Assembly (NCBI GenBank): GCA_964016885.1
Contig: OZ024743.1
Coordinates: 363,444,001-363,508,000, forward strand
Direction: 5' to 3'
DNA: 64,000 bases
Origin: Eledone cirrhosa
Lineage: Eukaryota
Shown: positions 55,268 through 64,000 of the stretch, one piece after another
Numbering within the stretch: the first letter of the stretch is position 1
How the letters are laid out: each line of letters starts with the position of its first letter
The notes under the pieces: model-generated
Told to the model about the DNA's origin: nothing
Databases searched by the model: none
What the model saw: the letters and a program-made list of their open reading frames with translations, nothing else
Made by a program: the position numbers and the translations under genes

Positions 55268-55310
55268 CACAGGAATATATATACATTTCTGTGTGTGTAA
55301 TATATATATA
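55084..55310. repeat. Four tandem small hairpin units separated by (TA)n
   Basis: cagaaatatatatacatttctgtgtgtgtaa x4. Confidence 0.8.
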
Positions 55311-55353
55311 TATATACTAGCAGAAAACCGTCCACCGCGTGGTTTTCTGCTAG

Positions 55354-55945
55354 TCTATATATATAAAACTGAAGATGTCTGTCTGTGTGTGTGTGAGTTT
55401 GAATCCCTAAAACTAGAGATCCACCCAATGGATTGTTTTCAAACTTTACACATGTAATACTTATGTTTCAGGGAATGTTCTGAGCAAAAGAAATTTCAAA
55501 TTTTCAATGCCCTAGGGACCGCATTAGGCGATTTAGCGATCTCTCTCTATAATTCTTAGTCTTTCTCTTTTCAGATAGATACATACATATAACGTCGCGC
55601 CCTTATAATATCTGTCTGTATGTCTGGCTGTCTGCATTACGTCACTTTCTACAATTTGCTCTGCGTCCAGAACGCGCCCTTATAATATCTGTGTGTATGT
55701 CTGGCTGTCTGCTGCCTCGGGTTATTCAGCCACCCTTGCTCAAGACAAATCTCAAACTCATTCCCCAAACAGTTGGTAAGTGCACACAACTTCTTCCTCA
55801 CGTTTTAACCCACAGTGTTGCTTACTTACGTACCACCAGACCCTTACTTCTTTGCCAGCCGTGGTTGTGGCAATACTAAGCTTAGCTAAGGCGGTTATAT
55901 ATTTCACAATACCTTATCCCGTGCAACGCCGGGTATCACTGCTAG
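55354..55945 (+). mobile_element. Complete non-autonomous Helitron-like element
   Basis: 5' TCtatatatataaaac; 3' cccgtgcaacgccggg hairpin then CTAG|T. Confidence 0.65.
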
Positions 55946-55981
55946 TATGAAATAAATGAATAGAAACAATAAATCTCAAAT

Positions 55982-56065
<84 letters not shown>

Positions 56066-56242
56066 AGAATATAAGAAGCAAACAAAGTCGAAGATGCATT
56101 AACATAAAGTCTTACTAGTGTCATGCTTAAAAGTAAGTTAGACAGTTAATGTGTCGGGCATATTCCCTTCATCAGGAATAACACAGTTTCGAGCGTAGAA
56201 TTAAAAAAAAAGAAAGACAGAATAACAAAGGAAAAACGCAAC

Positions 56243-56390
56243 GAAAATAAAAATAAAAATAAAAATAAAAATAAAAATAAAAATAAAAATAAAAATAAAA
56301 ATAAAAATAAAAATAAAAATAAAAATAAAAATAAAAATAAAAATAAAAATAAAAATAAAAATAAAAATAAAAATAAAAATAAAAATGAAA
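56243..56390. repeat. (AAAATA)n microsatellite
   Basis: Seen directly. Confidence 0.95.
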
Positions 56391-56794
56391 ATATAAAGGA
56401 GAGGGGAGAGGAATTATGATGGATGTGGTGGGCTCGAGGTGAGGGGTGCAGATGTGTATTTGTGGTTGTGTAGAGGTGGGGTGTATATTATGCTGGGTGT
56501 GTACTTGTACAGATATTAAATGTGTTGGTGTTTGAAATATACGTATATATATATGTCATACGAATCGCTGGAAATTTGTAAAATTGAAAATGTGAGATTC
56601 CTAAACAGAAAATTACGGTAATAACAATCAATCACGATAGATAATAGTTGCAAAAATCGGGTAAATTACCTTTAATGACGGTCAAAATAGATCAACTTAG
56701 TGCATATGATACGACATGAGGTGAGCCTTGAAACTCGAACAGCGTGCATTTTCCAGTACTTCAGTGTCAGATGTAAATGATTACTAGCTGATGT

Positions 56795-56928
56795 ACAACA
56801 TGCGCCTGAGGCACATCTGGTGGAATCTTTCGAGGAACTGGGTGTGTCGTCGATATGACAAGCAGCGATATGATGACACACCCAGTTCCTCGAAAGATTC
56901 CACCAGCTGTGCCTCAGGCGCATGTTGT
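56795..56928. repeat. Hairpin formed from an inverted duplication of an RTE C-terminal fragment
   Basis: ~55-bp arms; translation TQFLERFHQMCLRRML resembles the RTE LERFHQRCLRRIL motif. Confidence 0.8.
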
Positions 56929-57310
56929 GCTCCCACATTTTTCAACCGATTTCGTTCAAATTCGAAACTTCGGCTCCACCTCACACATAAATTTATTTGG
57001 TTCAACTTTTATACTACGATAGAACCTATCATTGCACATCTTATAGATGGTCAAAAGCAAGTCGTCTGAGCTTTTAGTTGTGTATTTGAGAATTCATCGG
57101 TTTCCAATCAAGTACCGTGAGAAAATTTGGCTTAGTGTTAGAGGTCATTACCTCCCTCACCCAGAATGCCCCTTCGTCAGTCACCCGCGTTTTTCAGTGA
57201 TAGAGGTCATCACCACCCTCCCCCGCATGGCCTGTGTGTGGCCAAAGATGAGTCATCGACAAGCAGTCGCTAAGATCAACACCTTTTCATCAAAGCAGGT
57301 ACTGCTGCTA

Positions 57311-57344
<34 letters not shown>

Positions 57345-59429
57345 GCCAGATTTAACTTGGGATACATGTCTCATCGCTGTCGGATCTCTGGATGCCAGCC
57401 TCAACTGTGAATGTCTCTATCATTCCTGCTTCATTTCCAAACCACTGTACAACCTCTACATGTCTCATCTTTGTTTCATTGTTCACTGTTTATTTCATCT
57501 CTGTGGCTAACACAAAAATACAGTGGTTCTCAGAGACATAGATCACATTTTCCCCTTGCAATCTGATTTCCCCAATTCTTCCCCCATTTAGCATTGTCAT
57601 CTAGTAAATTTTCACCCAAGCACCATATTAATATGAACAAGCGTTTCAAACATCAATAATTGTATAGTCTCAAGTGGGATAAATCTGAAGCACTAGTTTT
57701 TTGTGAACTGTTGATTTGTGATCGCCCTTTTCGTTATGCATATTGGTATTTCATGATATATACACAATATACACTATTCCTTTTCAGTGTGAATTACTCC
57801 ATTGACAAACATTCCTATCTAATTCCTTCTTTGGTTAATATTCCTTTTCTGCAATTTGAAGTTCTTCCTTGGAAGCCAAGTGTCCCCCGTTTGAGATCCA
57901 CTACTTCAAAAGATACCATTTTAAAGCCAAATCGTTATCAAACCACATCAAAATACCTTTAAAGGGAAGAAAACGTTGTATCATGCAGTCTCAAATCCAA
58001 CACGTTTGGGGAAAATGACAAGGCAATCATAGCTAGATCACTACTGACCATAAATATACCCGATCACAGCTGAGATGGAACTAAACAACATTTGACTACT
58101 CTTGCAAGACTATCTATCTGTAAATAGGTTCAATGTAGTGGTGCATGTCCCAGTTTATCGAATATACTTAGCCTTGAATAAGTTAAGAATGTAATAGCCC
58201 CAAACTAGAAAACGAAACAGTAGAGTATAGTTTCGAAAAGTTGAGTAATTCGCTACTTCTAAGCCCATTCAGGTAAACCTGACTCCGGGAAAATTAAAGG
58301 CAAAGTCAACGTCAGTCGGATTTGAATTTGGAAAGTATAGGAATGTTAAATATCTATTGCAATTTATTTAATGCTATACCGACTCTAGCATCTACCATTT
58401 TCCATCTTGATGAGTAATAGCAATAATACGATGTAGGAGAAGGATATATAGGAGAGATTCTATACCTAGGGCTAGTAGGATCAATCTTTTTCTCCCACAC
58501 ATTCTGTATATCTATAGAGATATTTCTATGTTATGCAAGACTTACTCTAACAATACTCTAACTTTCTCAGTCCCACTGGCAATATATATCAAATGACGAT
58601 TTCTTGTTTGACATTTTAATAACCTCCCTTTACTCTAAACATATTCTAAAGTCTGCCATATCACTAAAATTATGTTGATTTATTTCTAACGTTTACACAT
58701 TGATTTTACTTATTCATTTTCTCTCACCCTCATACTCTTCCTCTCTCTGTAAACAAATACTTATTTACATGTATACATACATATAAAACATACAAAAATA
58801 CAGGCACACATACACTCATATACAGTTATAGTGCTCTTATGATTGCTTTAGTCCATAAACTAATTGTCAATTATTCAAATCGACTGTGAGATATTGGCAA
58901 AGACATTTAAAATTCGAAGTTCGATTTTTGCGCAGAGTGTTGATACACTTTACCATGCTGATATATTTTAACTAAGACTCTTCCACACGCATACACACAC
59001 TAACCCATACACACACTAACCCATACACACATAGGTAAATAAACATATATATGTATGCGTATTTATATATATATATACATTACATATATATCTCTTTATC
59101 TCTCTCCCCTCCCCTCTTTATATATATATATATATATATATGAAAAAACAATATATGAAACACTCATATATGAAAAAACAACCTGTGACAACCCCCCCCC
59201 CCTCTCTTATTTGAAGAACTATTGTAACGCGAACTGGCGCGAAATTTATTATAATTATTGACAAACCAATCAAATTACTTCTCGAAAAACCTGGTTTTCG
59301 AGCCAGTTTTTCCATATAAAACAAGTAACATTTAGAGACCAACCAGATGTGAGAAAAACCACAGACCCTCCATCTCAACTCACCTTTTGAAAAGCAGAAG
59401 AACTGCGAAACCGGTAAAGGAACCAAATA

Positions 59430-59550
59430 AATATATATATTTAAAAAAAAATAAGACTTCAGTTGCATTTTCGATTTCATCCCTTTTTCTTTATACTTCC
59501 ACTCGTGTAGGACACCTCGGTTATTTTTCATTTTGTAAAAAAAACCTCAC

Positions 59551-59560
<10 letters not shown>
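59430..59560. repeat. Dispersed repeat, second copy at ~63700-63840
   Basis: ataagact.cagttgcattttcgatttcat...actcgtgtaggacacctcggttatttttcattttg is shared. Confidence 0.75.
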
Positions 59561-59589
<29 letters not shown>

Positions 59590-59619
59590 AGCAAATATAT
59601 ATATATATGTATATATATA

Positions 59620-60237
59620 TTTGAGCTAATAATACTATTATTATTATTATTACAGTGAACTGCGGAATACTCTTAATTCCGATTTTTGTATAATTAATGA
59701 GCTCCAAATTGTTGAGCTAATAATTCGCATGGTTGGGCTGCACTTTCTAGCATCTTCCCCAATCTACGAGAGCCGTTATTTGATTCGAATAACACGTGAT
59801 TTTGCCCACTCTGGCCCGCGTATCTATTTGCAATCTCTCTAGCCATGAGGTTAGATGTGCAGTGTTCAGTGTTCGCATTTGCTGACTGATGATCCATGTG
59901 GACCGATACTGCACATATAAGTGGTGAAACGAAGCTAGGTTCGTATCAGCAAAATATAGTTATAAGGTTTGTGATTTAAAATTCCAATCCAGAGATTTGA
60001 TTCTGATCTGGTTTTTTTCTATGTAATTGCTAACCTGTAGATATTGTTCCCTATACAATAACGGTAAAATCACTTGTAATAATTCTTTACACACATCTCA
60101 CTGTGTAACATATTTCTCTTTGTGTAATATATACTTGCATTTGAGCTCGGAAGGAAATTCTATATTCTTCTTTGAGCTAATAATACTATTATTATTATTA
60201 TTACAGTGAACTGCGGAATACTCTTAATTCCGATTTT

Positions 60238-60240
<3 letters not shown>
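59620..60240 (+). mobile_element. 551-bp non-coding unit with a 70-bp terminal direct repeat and a complete HHR (retrozyme-like)
   Basis: 59620-59689 equals 60171-60240; flanked by (TA)n. Confidence 0.85.
59878..59953 (+). ncRNA. Complete type I hammerhead ribozyme
   Basis: tttgctga CTGATGA tcca...tggt GAAA cgaa-gctagg-ttcg TA tcagcaaa: 8-bp stem I, 4-bp stem III plus A-U, GUA cleavage after 59945. Confidence 0.9.
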
Positions 60241-60287
<47 letters not shown>

Positions 60288-60774
60288 ATGGCTGCACTCG
60301 ATTTCGAGTAATGCCATCGCTTGATACTCAAGCATGAGCATCACGGACGTGGCTTTTTAGTACTGGTAGGGACTTGCCTATGGCCAGCAATACCATGCAT
60401 CGCAAAAAATGTCACATATCAAGCGATGCCTGTTCTTGAAACCTTTTTAAGTGGGGAAAGGCTTTGCACGGAGCTTTTACTCAAAAAGAAGAACTGGTTT
60501 ACATCATTGGAAATTTTATATCAGAGTGACCCGCTTGAGAGACGTCTTAATGAAGTCTAGGAATCTCTCGCTCCACAGGAAAAAAACATACATACATTCA
60601 TACATACATACATATATATATAAGTATATATATATATAAAACAAAGAAAGTGTGGTAAGAAACTAGGCGGACCATAACGCACCAGAGTACTCGATACTTA
60701 GGGTAGTTTCGGCAGCTGTTAGGATCTAGCTGTCCAAACGGCCGGAGCTCAGCCATCGGAGTCCTGACTCTTTT

Positions 60775-60828
<54 letters not shown>

Positions 60829-60982
60829 GATGGAGTTGTGGTAAGGAACCAGATGGACCATAACGCACCAGAGTACTCAATGCTTAGTAGTAGAGTGGGT
60901 AATAGGAAAAAGTATGACCCCGACGGCAGAGCTCAAGCTGTTTCGACGGCTATTTCTGGACGCATATATATATATATATATA

Positions 60983-61884
60983 TAAACGGAAAAAATGAAA
61001 TGAAATTTTATTTCTCACTCTTAGTACGGCTGTTACTTAAATATAAGTATGTATACGTACATACATATATGTATACAGACGTACAGTAGTATGTATATAT
61101 ATATATATATACATACATGCACACATATATATATATGTACGTATGGATTTACCGAACATTTATTATAATGCTCGGTGTGTTTGTAAACAAACATCCCGAA
61201 TTAAGCCGTACAACACTGACAAAGGAACGCTGTACTAGTTCCAAGCTTATTAGCTATCGTCAGCAACGTATACCTTCCTGCCAGATGATTGAACGTCTGA
61301 AAGTATATACTTTCCTTATGCATATTAACGGCTGAGCAGCCTAGCATTATAATAAATGTTCGGTAAATCCATACGTACATATATATGTGTGCATGTATAT
61401 ATATATATACATACTACTGTACGTCTGTATACATATATGTATGTACGTATACATACTTATATTTAAGTAACAGCCGTACTAAGAGTGAGAAATGAAATTT
61501 CGTTTCATTTTTTCCGTTTATCGTTTTCGGTGCCCCCGGCCGATTAACTCACTCGATATGCAAATTAGGCTGCTCAGCCGTTAATATGCATAAGGAAAGT
61601 ATATACTTTCAGACGTTCAATCATCTGGCAGGAAGGCATACGTTGCTGACGATAGCTAATAAGCTTGAAACTAGCACAGCGTTCCTTTGTCAGTGTTGAA
61701 CAAAAGAGCAATGATGGTTGCTAAACACTGTACGGCTTAATTCGGGATGTTTGTTTACAAACACACCGAGCATTATAATAAATGTTCGGTAAATCCGTAC
61801 GTACATATATATATGTGTGCATGTATGTATATATATATATATATACATACTACTGTACGTCTGTATACATATATGTATGTACGT

Positions 61885-61890
<6 letters not shown>
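60983..61890 (+). mobile_element. 426-bp HHR unit with terminal redundancy, preceded by an inverted, differently permuted copy
   Basis: agcattataataaatgttcgg at 61343 and 61769; 60983-61342 is a reverse-complement copy running across the unit junction. Confidence 0.85.
61640..61682 (+). ncRNA. Minimal type I HHR; mirror copy at 61227-61269 (-)
   Basis: acgttg CTGACGA tagctaataagctt GAAA CTAG CA cagcgt; the mirror copy reads GGAA CTAG TA, so the consensus is canonical. Confidence 0.8.
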
Positions 61891-61968
<78 letters not shown>

Positions 61969-62199
61969 GCATACATAAATATTTATATGAAGGCTGTAAA
62001 CTCTGCTAAGAGTATTGCAATCGCTTGTCAGATTACAGAAAAAAGTGCACCATTAGGCTACGGCCAGCCACACGAACTTGTAACAGGTCTTGAACAAACA
62101 ATGCCTGTATGCTTTAAAGATTTTTTAAGCGGGGAAAGGCCTTGCACTCGACCAATCCCACTCTCTGAGCATCGAAAACACTACCCGAAATGGAGAATA

Positions 62200-62264
<65 letters not shown>

Positions 62265-62267
<3 letters not shown>

Positions 62268-63076
62268 TTTATTTTGTTTGACCTGTTTAGCTTGACTTGT
62301 TTTTTGGCTTAGGTGGTTAATGCCTTCTTGACCACTTTTCAGTTTGTATGGCGTTTTAAAATATCGTTTAGCTCTAGTTTTTCTTAACTATTGAAGCGCT
62401 TGCCACCATTTCTACGATTTTGCGTTTCGTTTCGCTTTTTCTACCGGCCGAAATACGATTCTCGCTGAATATATATTTATATTAAACTCCCGAGTTTTAC
62501 AATTAACCTGTTAATAATTCTATTGACAGATTAATTGCATAAGTTTATTTTAAAAACTACCCGGTGGAGTGCTTATTCGATTTGTGCTATCTATGCAATT
62601 TTTTGTATGATATACACTTACTGAATTCATTTGCCAAAATCTGGGAATTTTTCCCCTCGTGACTTATGCATGTGCCTTTTCAAGGTTCTGCGTCACTCAC
62701 AAAGTTGGTTAAAGAGCAAAATACCTATTGATAACGTAATATTCCTTGTTCGATCTTTATGCTGAAAGTTTCTAGTTTTAAGCAGACAGTATTATTGATT
62801 TAGGTGTCATAGAAACCCTGCATTTGGATTTTACCATCAATTCCATTTGGGTCCAGGTCTGTTTATATCATTTATTTTGTTTGACCTGTTTAGCTTGACT
62901 TGTTTTTTGGCTTAGGTGGTTAATGCCTTCTTGACCACTTTTTCAGTTTGTATGGCGTTTTAACATATTGTTTAGCTCTAGTTTTTCTTAACTATTGGAG
63001 CGCTTGCCAGCATTTCTACGATTTTGCGTTTCGTTTCGCTTTTTCCACCGGGCGAAATACGATTCTCGCTGAATAT
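62265..63076 (+). mobile_element. 603-bp unit with a ~205-bp terminal direct repeat, in (TA)n
   Basis: 62265-62471 recurs at 62868-63076; no TG..CA ends or PBS. Confidence 0.8.
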
Positions 63077-63077
63077 T

Positions 63078-63161
<84 letters not shown>

Positions 63162-64000
63162 TATATATACATAAATATATATATATATACATAAATATAT
63201 GCACACACACATATACCAATAAACAGGCGATGAATTCATAAGCTCTGCCCGAATCACACGGCACGTAGCATTAAACATTCACTTCATTTTGATTACCAGA
63301 GCTTAGCAAAGGACCTAACCCATTCCTATAAACTAGCGGAATACCCAGGATAACAACATTCCCTTCTCCCCTGCTGCACACAAACTGGCAGACCAGAGGA
63401 AGTTTCTCTACGAACACTATGAACTCTATCCCAACTCCTATCTTAACGTTATTCTCCATATTTTCCCCCTATCTATCTTCCCAGTCCTCATTGTATGGCA
63501 GTATCGATAGAGGGTCGGGCGCCATGATTTGCAATCTTAGAGTTACGCCCCTTTACGGGGTCGATAAAGTATCTGTAATGCACTGGGATAATTGCTGGCC
63601 TTGTGCCAAAAATAGAAACAATTATATATTTAGACACATTTGTACCTGTTAGGAGACCTTTACGCGGATCCCAGACCATATTTCCTTGCCTTTATATATA
63701 TATATATATATTTAAAAATAAGACTCCAGTTGCATTTTCGATTTCATCTTCTTTTTTTTTATACTTTCACTCGTGTAGGACACCTCGGTTATTTTTCATT
63801 TTGTTAAAAAAAAAACAAAAAAACCCTCACTTTTTAATATATATATATATATATTATACATACACACACATACACACATACATATGAACGCCCATATACA
63901 CGTACAAATGTGCGTACACATATAAACGTAAAATACGCGCAAACATGAATAAATACATGCCTACACACAGACATGCATATATACATTCATATATGAATAT

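Noticed and set aside
57345-59000. Non-microsatellite stretch as a host exon
   Set aside because: Only short ORFs with no recognisable motif; faint hints of decayed LINE and SINE sequence

Overview
Repeat-saturated eukaryotic DNA with no confidently identifiable host gene. It is probably from a coleoid cephalopod such as Octopus, inferred from the tRNA-derived SINE family, RTE LINEs and the density of (TA)n/(CA)n tracts. It contains a near-full-length RTE LINE and several decayed ones, three Penelope-like elements (PLEs; two with YRDD-type RT, one a GIY-YIG fold-back palindrome), a non-autonomous LTR element with a tRNA-Trp primer-binding site, non-autonomous Helitron-like elements and SINEs. 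It also holds a ~9-kb 24-bp minisatellite that is repeated, probably artefactually, across a 200-N gap. The main signal is about ten unrelated families of hammerhead-ribozyme (HHR) motifs, some intact and some degenerate. Some lie in PLE 3' ends. Others lie in 300-600 bp non-coding units with tandem, terminally redundant or inverted, circularly permuted structure, nearly all inserted in (TA)n microsatellites. This suggests a retrozyme/circRNA-like system mobilised by PLEs. Folds were read by eye, element boundaries are approximate, and no search or folding program was run.
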